IMG/VR virus record: IMGVR_UViG_3300020420_000671
Length of the DNA stretch: 64,000 nt
Strand: one strand, 5' to 3'
Origin: a virus
Lineage: Duplodnaviria; Caudoviricetes
The position numbers and the translations under genes are program-made. Shown piece after piece: positions 9,859 to 19,948 of this stretch. The first letter of the stretch is position 1; every line of letters starts with the position of its first letter. The notes beneath the pieces are model-generated. The model saw only the letters and a list, made by a program, of their open reading frames with translations. It was not told the DNA's origin and ran no database searches.

Positions 9859-10488
9859 ATGGCAATTTCAACACTTTCAAAGTTAACAGTACCCTTAGAT
9901 AGTAACGCAAGTGCATCTAACCAAGGGTTATTGATGCCAAAATTAGCATACCGTTTTAGGGTATCGCTAGAAAATTTTGGTGTATCAAGTCCAACAACTG
10001 AACTAACAAAACAGGTAATGGACATAACTAGACCAAACGTAAGTTTCGATCAAATGACTGTTGATATTTACAACTCAAGAGTATACCTAGCAGGTAAACA
10101 TACTTGGGAACCTATTACAATTACTTTACGTGAAGATGTAAGCAACAACGTACAAAAATTTGTTGGTGAACAATTACAGAAACAGTTAGACTTCTTTGAA
10201 ATGTCAAGTGCGGCGTCAGGAAGCGATTACAAATTCGTTACTAGAATGGAAATACTCGATGGTGGTAACGGTGCTAATGCTCCAACAGTACTTGAAACAT
10301 TTGAGTTATACGGATGTTATGTTGAGAGTGCTAACTATAATACTTTAAACTATGCTGAATCAGCACCAGTAACTGTAACGTTATCAGTAAGATACGACAA
10401 TGCTATACAAACACCACAAGGTACAGGTATAGGTACAGCAATTGGTAGAACAATTAACACAGCTATTACAGGCGGTGGTAACGGTTAA
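9859..10488 (+). CDS. Tail tube protein (gp19-like)
   Basis: Follows the sheath gene. Has LMPKLAYRFRV, YLAGKHTWEPITITLREDV, ETFELYGCYV and TLSVRYDNA. Confidence 0.88.
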   Translation: MAISTLSKLTVPLDSNASASNQGLLMPKLAYRFRVSLENFGVSSPTTELTKQVMDITRPNVSFDQMTVDIYNSRVYLAGKHTWEPITITLREDVSNNVQKFVGEQLQKQLDFFEMSSAASGSDYKFVTRMEILDGGNGANAPTVLETFELYGCYVESANYNTLNYAESAPVTVTLSVRYDNAIQTPQGTGIGTAIGRTINTAITGGGNG

Positions 10489-10510
10489 TAGTTAATAAAC
10501 TAATTACATA

Positions 10511-10537
10511 AAAAGGGCCTTCCGGGGCCCTTTTTTT
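10511..10537 (+). terminator. Intrinsic terminator
   Basis: AAAAGGGCCT-TCCG-GGGCCCTTTTTTT after the tail tube gene. Confidence 0.85.
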
Positions 10538-10583
10538 ATGACCAAAAACTAAATACCTGTAAGTAGCAAAAAAGGAGATTCCA

Positions 10584-11027
10584 TTGAGTAATAGATTTCA
10601 TTTGGCCGTCGAAGGTGGCGACCTTTCAACAACCGTTCCCTGGTATCAAAAGGTTTTAGGTTGTACTTTAGATATGGCAGAAGAAGGAAAATGGCAGGAC
10701 ATAGATTTTTGGGGTAATGAATTAACATTACATGAAACAACACCAAGGCAAGGTAAAGGTCCTGAAAGAGAAAGACACAGCGTAGACATGGGCGAAGTTT
10801 GTGTCCCACACTTTGGTATACATTTACCATATGATGACTTCAAGATAGTCAAAGAAAGCGTCGAAGCGAATGGTGGTTTTTTAGACACACCTTATGTAAG
10901 ATTTGAAGGCACAGATTATCAGCAAGAAACATTTTTTGTAGAAGATCCTAACTTTAATGTACTTGAAATAAAGTCTATGGCAAAAGATAATCCGCTAGAT
11001 TTCGAAGTTCATGGAGTAGGTTGCTAA
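10584..11027 (+). CDS. VOC/glyoxalase-family protein (extradiol dioxygenase-like)
   Basis: FHLAV, WQDIDFWGNELTLH, VPHFGIHL, QETFFVEDPNFNVLEIKS. TTG start with GGAG RBS and its own TAAATA box. Confidence 0.85.
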   Translation: MSNRFHLAVEGGDLSTTVPWYQKVLGCTLDMAEEGKWQDIDFWGNELTLHETTPRQGKGPERERHSVDMGEVCVPHFGIHLPYDDFKIVKESVEANGGFLDTPYVRFEGTDYQQETFFVEDPNFNVLEIKSMAKDNPLDFEVHGVGC

Positions 11028-11069
11028 TCTTATTATATACGTACTTAATTACTATGGATAAATATTAGT

Positions 11070-12290
11070 ATGGCAAACTTTTTAAATGGATTTTTAGACA
11101 ACGTAGTATCAGGGGCTTTGAACCCAAAAGGAACTCTTGCTGATTATCAACATGGTGCTAGACTTTATGTAGATGATAGTCATAGGTTATCTCCTAAAGT
11201 AAAATTTCTTTATCATGTGTCAATCGATATCAATAGAGAAGCATCAGCTATAATTCCGCAATTAGGAGCAAAACATATTAACGAACTTAATATGCTTGTC
11301 AAGTCAGTTGATCTTCCAAGATTCAATGTACAAACAGATGTGAAACATCAGTATAATAGAAAACGTGTTGTTCAAAAACGTATTGACTACCAACCTATAA
11401 CTTTAACATTTCATGACGATGCTTTTGGAGTTACTACTGCTTTGTGGGAGGCATACTACAGATATTATTATAGAGACGGACAATATTCAAGAACAATGCC
11501 AGCAGGAGCACCAGATCCTTCAGTGCCAGAATTTCATAATCATGGTGCTTACAATAAAGGAGCGATATATGGAAAAACAATGTATCGATATGGCTTAGAT
11601 AATGATAGTTTTGCTCCTTTCTTTAATAATATTACAATTTACCAACTGTCTAGAAAAAGATATACAGCTCTTACTTTAATAAATCCTATTATAGCATCTT
11701 GGTCACATGACACAATGGATAACAGTGATGGCCAAACTCCTGTGGCTAACCAAATGGTTTTAGAATATGAAACAGTACATTACAGTAGAGGACCGATTGG
11801 TAAAGCAGGTCCAAAAGGTTTTGCTGAAGAACATTACGACAAGAGTCCAAGTCCTATTTCACTATCAGGTGGTGGAGCAGGCAGTTTGTTAGGTGCCGGT
11901 GGTGTATTAGCGGGAGCAGGTTCCGTACTAGCCGACATACAAGGCGGCAATGTTAGTTTTGGAACAGTTCTAAGAGCGGCAAACTCTGTACAAAATTTAG
12001 GTAGTCTTTCAAAGGCCGGTATAGGCCAAGAACTTATAGGTGAAGGATTAGATGCCATCGGACAAACAACAGGTATTGATGTTAGCGGTGTTGCGGGTGT
12101 AGCGTTTCCAAAAGGCGGCAGTGGTGGTCTTGGCGGAGGAAAAACTTTAGCACTTGCTGGCTTGGCAGTAGCAGGAGCAAAAGCATTTAATAATATGTCA
12201 TCAAGTGGAGCTTCATTATCCAAAGCAATGCCAGACACTAGTGGTACAAACGGTCCTGGATATGATGATCCTGATTATATAGGACCATAG
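11070..12290 (+). CDS. Tail tube-like/baseplate tube initiator (gp54/gp48-like) with Gly-rich C-terminal tail
   Basis: LVKSVDLPRFNVQT, QYNRKRVVQKRIDYQPITLTFHDD and NPIIASWSHDTMD are tube-fold motifs. Located in the tail module. Confidence 0.7.
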   Translation: MANFLNGFLDNVVSGALNPKGTLADYQHGARLYVDDSHRLSPKVKFLYHVSIDINREASAIIPQLGAKHINELNMLVKSVDLPRFNVQTDVKHQYNRKRVVQKRIDYQPITLTFHDDAFGVTTALWEAYYRYYYRDGQYSRTMPAGAPDPSVPEFHNHGAYNKGAIYGKTMYRYGLDNDSFAPFFNNITIYQLSRKRYTALTLINPIIASWSHDTMDNSDGQTPVANQMVLEYETVHYSRGPIGKAGPKGFAEEHYDKSPSPISLSGGGAGSLLGAGGVLAGAGSVLADIQGGNVSFGTVLRAANSVQNLGSLSKAGIGQELIGEGLDAIGQTTGIDVSGVAGVAFPKGGSGGLGGGKTLALAGLAVAGAKAFNNMSSSGASLSKAMPDTSGTNGPGYDDPDYIGP

Positions 12291-12298
12291 GAAATACT

Positions 12299-12673
12299 AT
12301 GACTGAAACAAATTTACCAAGAAAACCAGATTCAAGAGATTCTTCAACAGTTGTAAAAAGATATTTTAATACCTACTACGGAAAAGAACTTGCTTTTCCA
12401 AGTAATGATGTTGATGCTGTAATCGGCTTTTTAGAAAATAAAGGATTTGATAAATCTGCCGCACTCAGTACAGGAACAATATTATTAAAACAAGCAAAAC
12501 TTGATGGTATCAAAGTATTTGAATTATTAGATACTTTGAAAGGTTTGGACAAACTACAATTAAGTTATACCGTTACACAGGTTTTAAATTTTAACAGACA
12601 AAAAATAAGCACTCTAGGATATAGAGTGACTGACACACGCAAGCCTACAGAATCCAGAAACATCATGGGGTAA
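12299..12673 (+). CDS. Hypothetical virion-module protein
   Basis: Full ORF with GGA RBS, tightly packed between tail genes. Confidence 0.6.
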   Translation: MTETNLPRKPDSRDSSTVVKRYFNTYYGKELAFPSNDVDAVIGFLENKGFDKSAALSTGTILLKQAKLDGIKVFELLDTLKGLDKLQLSYTVTQVLNFNRQKISTLGYRVTDTRKPTESRNIMG

Positions 12674-12676
12674 CCA

Positions 12677-13114
12677 ATGAAGCGTTGGGCTCAGGGTAAG
12701 TACACACTTAAAAATCCAGACAAGTATGTAGGAAACAAAAGTCCAACTTATAGATCAAGTTGGGAATTTCATTTTATGAAATTCTGTGACGAAAATCCAG
12801 CGATAGCATCGTGGGCAAGTGAAGCTATTAAGATTCCATTTAGAAGTCCGTTAACAGGAAAGCCAACTGTATATGTACCAGACTTTTTTATCCAGTATAA
12901 AGATAAAAAAGGCAGAGCAAGAGTTGAGCTTATAGAAATTAAACCAAGCTCACAAGCAATGCGTGAAAATATAGGAAATAACAAACAGAATCAAGCGTCA
13001 TATGTACTTAATATGGCAAAATGGGAGGCCGCAAGTAAATACTGTAAGTCAAAAGGCATTAGATTCCGTGTAATTACAGAAATGGAATTGTTTCACCAGG
13101 GCAAACGTAAGTGA
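12677..13114 (+). CDS. Head completion nuclease (T4 gp4-like, TnsA-like fold)
   Basis: GKYTLKNPDKYVG, YRSSWEFHFMKFCDENP, WASEAIKIP, YVPDF, IEIKP, NMAKWEAA. Confidence 0.9.
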   Translation: MKRWAQGKYTLKNPDKYVGNKSPTYRSSWEFHFMKFCDENPAIASWASEAIKIPFRSPLTGKPTVYVPDFFIQYKDKKGRARVELIEIKPSSQAMRENIGNNKQNQASYVLNMAKWEAASKYCKSKGIRFRVITEMELFHQGKRK

Positions 13115-13146
13115 TAAATAATAGTAGCATATAATGGATTCAAGCT

Positions 13147-13635
13147 ATGAGTAAAAAATTAGAAGAACTGCTAGATTTACCAGACTCAAAGGAAATAATC
13201 AAGCAGGAAAAAGACAAAGAAAAACACGAAGTCATTCAGCAACAGAACGATACTTTACGTGACATAGCGGAAATGGACAAAATTTCTGCCGCTTTACCAC
13301 AAGTAAAAGGCCTTGGAGAGATGGCTGATAAAGAACTAAATGAAGTAGCTGAAAAATCTATGGAAGCATATGAAGATTTAATGGATTTGGGCATGAATGT
13401 TGAATCAAGATATTCAGGTAGAGTATTCGAAGTAGCTGGTCAAATGCTTAAAACCAATTTAGATTCCAAAGTAGCTAAATTAGATAAAAAACTAAAAATG
13501 GTAGAATTACAACTTAGAAAAGAAAAACTAGATAAAGATGGCAAACCTGATGGTGACTCTATAGTACAAGGAGAAGGCTATATAGTTACAGACCGTAATA
13601 GTTTGCTGGAAAAACTAAAGAATATGGATAAATAA
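13147..13635 (+). CDS. Probable terminase small subunit (gp16-like)
   Basis: The helical core AYEDLMDLGMNVESRYSGRVFEVAGQML resembles the gp16 'A..SE.PR.YEV.GQL' segment. Lies upstream of the large terminase. Confidence 0.6.
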   Translation: MSKKLEELLDLPDSKEIIKQEKDKEKHEVIQQQNDTLRDIAEMDKISAALPQVKGLGEMADKELNEVAEKSMEAYEDLMDLGMNVESRYSGRVFEVAGQMLKTNLDSKVAKLDKKLKMVELQLRKEKLDKDGKPDGDSIVQGEGYIVTDRNSLLEKLKNMDK

Positions 13636-13652
13636 TTTATAAGGACGGGAAT

Positions 13653-14216
13653 ATGTTTGAAAAATACCTAACAGAAGCAAAAAAAGAGTACAAATTTTCA
13701 ATTGGTGTGGCAGGAGAGCTACCAGAAGGTTTTGCTGATTCTATGGAAACAGCATTACAACGTTTTAACGTTGTGTCAATGAGCCCAGGTAAGAAAACTC
13801 CTATACAGGAAAAACCACTGGATTTTCCACAACTTTCAAACAGCGAAGTCACATACTATGAAGCAACATTAACATATCCGACAACACCACAAGTATTGTC
13901 AGAATACATTCCACAGTGCACTGATATCGAAAGAGCTAGTATTATTGTGCGTACCGAGAATGATCCTGCTTTAGAGTACCAATCACAAAAAGAAGAAGAC
14001 CCATATCAACCAAAACTTGATACAGAAGATATGGGACAAGCTGTACCAAACGCACAGGAAACTGTTGGTGGTGAAAGAGTTATGAGTCTTTTGAAAGAAT
14101 TAGAAACAGCTAGAAAAGAAACAGAAAACAGTCCAATAGCCGATGTCAAACCAGCACCAGAGAGCAAAGACATAAGCGACAATATTGGAACTAAATCACC
14201 GATAGGGAGTAAGTAA
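13653..14216 (+). CDS. Hypothetical head-associated protein
   Basis: Full ORF after a TAAATA box. The N-terminal YLTE resembles a prohead-protease site. Confidence 0.55.
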   Translation: MFEKYLTEAKKEYKFSIGVAGELPEGFADSMETALQRFNVVSMSPGKKTPIQEKPLDFPQLSNSEVTYYEATLTYPTTPQVLSEYIPQCTDIERASIIVRTENDPALEYQSQKEEDPYQPKLDTEDMGQAVPNAQETVGGERVMSLLKELETARKETENSPIADVKPAPESKDISDNIGTKSPIGSK

Positions 14217-14217
14217 T

Positions 14218-15246
14218 ATGAATATGAAAGATATGATTCAGCAGATGACAGACATCGAAACTGAAGCAAAATCAAAAAAACAACAAATTAATGAAGCGGC
14301 ATCAATGAACATTTCTATGACTGCTGATGATGCTGGACAAGTTGGACAGCTAATGTCAATGATGAAAAACGCAGGAATGAATCCTAAACCAGTAGGCGGA
14401 GATATGCCTATGCCAATGAGACATGACATTGATAAATTTAGACAAGCTGTAGACGCAAAATATGATGATCCAAAAATTCCAGGCAAAGACGATGTGCCAG
14501 GAGATATGGATCTTAAAGCAGGTTTACTTGGAAAAGGTTTAGCGGCAACAGGCGGAGCAGTAGGACTAGATGCTTTAGACAAAGCAACTGGTGGAGTAGG
14601 ATCAGACATGGCGGCAACAGGAGCAGGAGCAGTTGCTGATTTAGTAGTACCTGGATCAAGTGCTATTGTTAAACCAATCGCAAAAGCCATTGCGCCAAAA
14701 GTAGCAGGAGCAATAGGTGGAGCGGCTTTGGCTGACGATGAGACAAAAGAAGGCGATTATGCTAACGCACCAGACGAGGATTATGCTCCATACACAGACG
14801 TTATTAAAACAGGAAACGATCTTAACAAATCTAAAAAATCTTATCCAAAGGTAGCAGGCGGAGATAATCCTATGAATCTAGCAGATAAGATTAAAGAAGA
14901 GCTATCTGCTTTGTACAAAGAATACCAAGTACCTGAAGAAGGTTACGCTAACAGACAACATCAAGAAATTGGTGATCAAATGTTTGTGTTTGCTCAGGAA
15001 ATCAAAGACGGAAAACATAGTTACGATTACATACTTGACGAGTTAAACAGCATGTTTGATATGGTTAAAAAATCCGGTGATAAAGTTTATATCAACGCAT
15101 TCAAGGCTCTAAGGGGAATTCAACCTGAGGACGTTGGTGATGATAAAGACGGTGGTATGAATCAAAGTATGTCTAAGGCACAAGATGCTATTGATATTTT
15201 AGACGGTGCCGACGATAGCGACTATCCACACATGGGCAAAATGTAA
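14218..15246 (+). CDS. Putative internal head protein with Gly/Ala-rich segment
   Basis: Contains INEAASMNISMTADD and DDPKIPGKDD modules shared with the next ORF, and a Gly/Ala-rich hydrophobic stretch. Confidence 0.55.
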   Translation: MNMKDMIQQMTDIETEAKSKKQQINEAASMNISMTADDAGQVGQLMSMMKNAGMNPKPVGGDMPMPMRHDIDKFRQAVDAKYDDPKIPGKDDVPGDMDLKAGLLGKGLAATGGAVGLDALDKATGGVGSDMAATGAGAVADLVVPGSSAIVKPIAKAIAPKVAGAIGGAALADDETKEGDYANAPDEDYAPYTDVIKTGNDLNKSKKSYPKVAGGDNPMNLADKIKEELSALYKEYQVPEEGYANRQHQEIGDQMFVFAQEIKDGKHSYDYILDELNSMFDMVKKSGDKVYINAFKALRGIQPEDVGDDKDGGMNQSMSKAQDAIDILDGADDSDYPHMGKM

Positions 15247-15248
15247 AA

Positions 15249-15614
15249 ATGAAGATGCGTGAACTTTTAAATAAGATGGACGCAATTGACACACCAGTCA
15301 ATGAAGCCGCTTCAATGAACATCAACATGACAGCAGATGATTGTAACGAAGTCGGCGAACTAATGAAATTAATGTCCAACGCTGGACTTACTCCAAAACC
15401 TTTATCAGCTACCAAAAAAGATGATCCAAAAATTCCAGGAAAAGATGACGTTGAAGGTGATAAAGATCTTCAAGCAGGAATGCTTGGAGGTATAGCAGGA
15501 GGATTAGGCGGTAGTGCATTAGGAACAGCTTTAGGCGGTCCAATAGGCGGTATAGTTGGTAGTATAGCCGGCGGAGCACTAGGCGATAAAATTACCGGCG
15601 ACGGCATAGTATAA
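15249..15614 (+). CDS. Short paralog of the preceding protein ending in a glycine zipper
   Basis: VNEAASMNINMTADD, DDPKIPGKDD, then GMLGGIAGGLGGSALGTALGGPIGGIVGSIAGGALG. Confidence 0.6.
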   Translation: MKMRELLNKMDAIDTPVNEAASMNINMTADDCNEVGELMKLMSNAGLTPKPLSATKKDDPKIPGKDDVEGDKDLQAGMLGGIAGGLGGSALGTALGGPIGGIVGSIAGGALGDKITGDGIV

Positions 15615-15636
15615 TTCCCCCAAAACTTTGCGAATC

Positions 15637-15664
15637 AAATAGGCTCTCCGGAGCCTATTTTTTT
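15637..15664 (+). terminator. Intrinsic terminator
   Basis: AAATAGGCTC-TCCG-GAGCCTATTTTTTT. Confidence 0.85.
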
Positions 15665-15680
15665 GAGTAAATAGTTTACT

Positions 15681-17267
15681 ATGGTTAAAAGTTTAGATGG
15701 CGTATTAACAAAAAAAGCCAACACAAGAGAAACATTTACAGAAGAGCAGATAGCTGATCTACAGGCTTGTGCTGATCCAAAAAATGGATATCTGTATTTT
15801 TGTCAAAAATTTTTTAACATTCAACATCCTGTAGCAGGTAAGATGTTGTTCGAACCATTCACATATCAACAAAAACTTTTAAACAGTTATCACGAACATA
15901 GATTTAACATTAACATGTTACCAAGGCAAAGTGGTAAGACTACAACTGCCGCCGGATATCTATTGTGGTTTGCTATGTTTCATCCTGATCAAACTATACT
16001 TATAGCGGCACACAAATACACAGGTGCCCAAGAGATCATGCAGAGGATTAGGTACGGTTATGAACTATGTCCTGACTTTATAAGAGCAGGAGTTGTCAAT
16101 TACAACAAAGGATCAATGGAGTTTGAAAATGGTAGTAGAATTGTTAGTGCTACAACTACTGGAAATACTGGTAGGGGTATGTCTATTAGTTTACTTTATT
16201 GTGACGAGTTCGCGTTCGTAAGTCCAACTATTGCTGATGAATTTTGGACTTCCATATCTCCAACACTAGCAACAGGTGGTCGTGCTATTATTACATCAAC
16301 ACCTAATTCTGATGAAGACACATTTGCTGTAATTTGGAAAGAAAGTCAAAATAAATTTGATGCTAATGGTAATGAACAAGAAGTAGGTATGAATGGTTTC
16401 CATGGATTTACCGCTAAATGGGACGAACACCCTGATAGAGATGATGAATGGCGAGAAGCAGAAATAGGCAGAATAGGCGAAGAAAGATTTAGACGAGAAT
16501 ATGGCTGTGAATTTTTAGTTTATGATGAAACGCTTATCAACAGCATAAAACTTTCTACGCTCGAGTCCATTACTCCTAAAATGAATATGGGCCAAACACG
16601 TTGGTATGAAGATATCAAATCTTCCGAAAATTATGTAGTAGCATTGGATCCTAGCATGGGTACAGGAGGTGACTTTGCGGCCATACAGGTTTTTGAAGTT
16701 CCAAGCTATAAGCAAGTTGCTGAGTGGAGACATAACGAAACTCCAATTCCCGCACAAATTAGAATACTTAAAGACATCTGTCAACATCTAAAAGATAATT
16801 GTAAAAATACTGGAACAAATATCTACTGGAGCGTTGAAAATAATGCTATAGGAGAAGCGGCACTGATAGTAATTAACGACTACGGAGAAGAAAATATACC
16901 AGGACTTTTTATCAGTGAACCAATGCGTAAAGGTCATGTACGTAAGTTTAGAAAAGGATTCAACACAACACACGGCACCAAAATTACAGCTTGTAGTAGA
17001 CTAAAAACAATGGTTGAAAATGATAAAATACAATTGAATAGTGCGGCTCTTATAACTGAGCTTAAGAATTACGTGGCAACAGGCACCAGTTTCAAAGCAA
17101 AAGTAGGACATACAGATGATCTAGTGAGTGCGACATTGTTAGCATTACGCATGATGGCTGTTTTGAAGGATTGGGATCCTAGAATATACAATTCCTTCAG
17201 TCAAGCTGAAGGTGAAGAGCCATTTGAACCCCCTATGCCTATATACGTTACAGGCGGTTTAGGATAA
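15681..17267 (+). CDS. terL: Terminase large subunit (gp17-like)
   Basis: LPRQSGKTT Walker A, LLYCDEFAFV Walker B, IITSTPN, FRREYGCEF, ALDPSMGTGGD nuclease Asp, HTDDLVSA. Confidence 0.96.
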   Translation: MVKSLDGVLTKKANTRETFTEEQIADLQACADPKNGYLYFCQKFFNIQHPVAGKMLFEPFTYQQKLLNSYHEHRFNINMLPRQSGKTTTAAGYLLWFAMFHPDQTILIAAHKYTGAQEIMQRIRYGYELCPDFIRAGVVNYNKGSMEFENGSRIVSATTTGNTGRGMSISLLYCDEFAFVSPTIADEFWTSISPTLATGGRAIITSTPNSDEDTFAVIWKESQNKFDANGNEQEVGMNGFHGFTAKWDEHPDRDDEWREAEIGRIGEERFRREYGCEFLVYDETLINSIKLSTLESITPKMNMGQTRWYEDIKSSENYVVALDPSMGTGGDFAAIQVFEVPSYKQVAEWRHNETPIPAQIRILKDICQHLKDNCKNTGTNIYWSVENNAIGEAALIVINDYGEENIPGLFISEPMRKGHVRKFRKGFNTTHGTKITACSRLKTMVENDKIQLNSAALITELKNYVATGTSFKAKVGHTDDLVSATLLALRMMAVLKDWDPRIYNSFSQAEGEEPFEPPMPIYVTGGLG

Positions 17268-17275
17268 ATATTAAT

Positions 17276-19888
17276 ATGAAAAACCTTGAATACATAGCAG
17301 ACGAGCTTTTTAACAAAATTAGAGGAAGATATCCTTCTGTTACTGTTGGTGACAATGACGCAACAATAACAAATATGCCAAAACAAGGCAGATTCTTTGA
17401 ATTTGATTTCCAGCCAGGAAAAAAGGTAAGTATAAGTTTAGATGAGGATGGTATTGCTGTAATGTACAGCACTAAACTGTTTGATTCAAACGATGCCAGT
17501 TTAAAAAGTAACTGGTTCCGTTTTTTAAAAGAACTTAGACTGTTTGCTAAAAAGAGAATGTTAAACTTTGATACAAGAGATATTACAAAAAACAGTTTAG
17601 ACAAAAGAGATTATGAATATCTAAGCACGGAGAAACAAATGAGCGAATCGAAACTATACGGAACGAGCAGAACCAGTTTTCAAGACATTGGTTCAGCTAA
17701 AATGATTGTGAAGCATTCACAGCCGATCAATAGAGAACAACCAGCAGGTAGAACAAGAGACATTGCTGGAATATACATTGAAAGTGAATCGGGAGAAAGA
17801 TTTAAATATCCTATGAAACACTTGAACGGAGCAAGGGCTATGTCCATGCACGTTGCCGAAGGTGGAACACCATATGATGACTTTGGTAAACACATCATCG
17901 GTCTTTCAGAAGAACTATCCAAGCTAAGAAAATTCAAAACTTACATGAATCGCTCAAGTGTAATGGCTGAAGGACTTGCTGGCTATATGGATATTGTAAA
18001 CGAAAGAATTGAAGCTGTAAAGAAAACGACACATGCGTTACAGTCAAAAGCAAAATACCAAGAAGCATTTAAGAACTTTGATAATACCGTGCTTGAAGAA
18101 GTTCCAGAAGATGTTTCAAACAGCTGGATTGACGAACTAACAATCAAACAGTTTAATGAAGAGCTCAAAGGTGTCTTTCCGTACATTTACAAACTTGTTA
18201 GTGAAGCAAACAAGGTTAAAGATCTTGGTCCAGAAGATTTGATAGGCGAAGGATTTGATCCTCAAGAGTTTAAAGGTGTGATTAAAGGATTTGAAGTATC
18301 CGGAGATGATGGTGAAGAAGAAGGAGCTGACATCCATTATACTGCTAAAATTGTAGATGGTAAGCCAGTAGTGGATCCAAAGTCAATTAAAGTACACGCA
18401 TACGGTAATAATCCAAGTAGTAAATTAGGATATGACGTGGACAATGATACAGATATGATTATGAATTATGGTGGTGTAGACGCAGAAGAAATACTACGTT
18501 CAGCTCAAGAAGATGCTGAAGAAGAATGGAATAATAGAGACAACAAATATGCCCATGGTGAAGATGTTGAAACCGAAGGTGCGGTAAAAGGTATGGTCAT
18601 GGACATGGAAGACGATGCGGCTGACATGTCAAGAGACGAATTCATTGAAAAATATGGAAGAGGTTATGCTGATATTTGGGATAAGGTAAATGACGAAGAT
18701 TACATGGATCCGGATTACATGTCACCAGAAAGCTATGATTTTGAACCAATCGCAGACGATATTATAAGTGGAGCAAAGTTCAATCAAGAAACACCAATGA
18801 CAGAATATGAAAGAGCTTTTGAAGATTTTAAAATGGCGGCGGCCAATGCGGCGGCTAAAGGCGAAAAAGACTTTGAATATCCAAAAGGATCAGGAAAGAA
18901 ACATCCAACCAAAATGGATAAAGCAACAGCGGCAAAACTATTAGCTGACAGCCAAACCAACGAAGATGACGCAATCGCATTAGGTACTGTAGGTAAAAAG
19001 TATCTCGGTATGTATAAAACCCATGGAGCAGATTACCTAGCCCAAGTGTTAAAAATGGACAAAGCAACATTTGGAAAAGAAATGGTAAAGGCTGATGGTG
19101 ATCCAGCAAAATTAATTCAAAACTTCCTTTCTAAAAGAGGATTCAACGAAGCACAACAGCTTGACGAATTGGCATTTCTTCCTTTCTTAATTCCGGCGGC
19201 GTCGGTAGCTATGAGGGGTCTTATGAATCCAGCGGTTAGACAAGGAGCAATGAAGGGCGGTAAAGCTGTAGTTGGTTGGGCACTGAAAAATCCAGTCAAA
19301 GCAACAGTCGGCACAGCGGCCGCGACAAATCCTATAGATACCAAAAATGCAGTCGTAGGAGCAGTAGATGGTGCTAAAAAATTAAAAAAAGGAATCGACG
19401 ATGCCGGCGAACTAGTTCAAAACGCAAAAAAAGCGGTTAGTGATATTGGTAACAAGATTCCAACCAAAGATGATTTAATCAAGCTACTTCCTGGTGTACC
19501 TAACTTAGGTGGACTAGCATCAATAGCAAGACAATATGCATTGCCTGCGGCAGTAGTAGCGGCTTTGGCACTTGGCGGAGTAGCGGCATATAAAAAACTT
19601 TTTGGTGGAAAAAAAGAAGGTGATGATCAGGATACAGTAGATCTAAGTCCAAAAGGACAAGGTGACGAACTGAAAGGTCCACAAGAAACACCTTTAGATG
19701 AATTTGTGAAAAGCATGTATGATTATACTCAAAATGCTTTTCCAAAAGGTGAAACAGCAGTATTAACTTCTGTACAGAAGAAGTATGGAGATAAAGCTGT
19801 TCCCGAAGCTGGTAAGATGATTGACGAGCTTTTAGCTGGTCAAGATAGTGAAATGGCAAGAATTCAAGCACTTGCTGGACTAAGATAA
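17276..19888 (+). CDS. Large putative internal virion protein (870 aa), modular
   Basis: Long ORF after a TAAATA box. It has acidic modules separated by xxE sites, a cationic/hydrophobic segment after LDE, and ends MARIQALAGLR. Confidence 0.6.
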   Translation: MKNLEYIADELFNKIRGRYPSVTVGDNDATITNMPKQGRFFEFDFQPGKKVSISLDEDGIAVMYSTKLFDSNDASLKSNWFRFLKELRLFAKKRMLNFDTRDITKNSLDKRDYEYLSTEKQMSESKLYGTSRTSFQDIGSAKMIVKHSQPINREQPAGRTRDIAGIYIESESGERFKYPMKHLNGARAMSMHVAEGGTPYDDFGKHIIGLSEELSKLRKFKTYMNRSSVMAEGLAGYMDIVNERIEAVKKTTHALQSKAKYQEAFKNFDNTVLEEVPEDVSNSWIDELTIKQFNEELKGVFPYIYKLVSEANKVKDLGPEDLIGEGFDPQEFKGVIKGFEVSGDDGEEEGADIHYTAKIVDGKPVVDPKSIKVHAYGNNPSSKLGYDVDNDTDMIMNYGGVDAEEILRSAQEDAEEEWNNRDNKYAHGEDVETEGAVKGMVMDMEDDAADMSRDEFIEKYGRGYADIWDKVNDEDYMDPDYMSPESYDFEPIADDIISGAKFNQETPMTEYERAFEDFKMAAANAAAKGEKDFEYPKGSGKKHPTKMDKATAAKLLADSQTNEDDAIALGTVGKKYLGMYKTHGADYLAQVLKMDKATFGKEMVKADGDPAKLIQNFLSKRGFNEAQQLDELAFLPFLIPAASVAMRGLMNPAVRQGAMKGGKAVVGWALKNPVKATVGTAAATNPIDTKNAVVGAVDGAKKLKKGIDDAGELVQNAKKAVSDIGNKIPTKDDLIKLLPGVPNLGGLASIARQYALPAAVVAALALGGVAAYKKLFGGKKEGDDQDTVDLSPKGQGDELKGPQETPLDEFVKSMYDYTQNAFPKGETAVLTSVQKKYGDKAVPEAGKMIDELLAGQDSEMARIQALAGLR

Positions 19889-19919
19889 CCAAAATACCAG
19901 AAAAAGTCAAAAAAAACAC

Positions 19920-19948
19920 TTGACTTTATAAATATTATCGTGTAGTAT
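19920..19948 (+). promoter_or_regulatory. Sigma70-type promoter with embedded TATAAATA late box
   Basis: TTGACT (19920-19925), 17 bp, TAGTAT (19943-19948). TATAAATA lies at 19927-19934. Confidence 0.7.
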
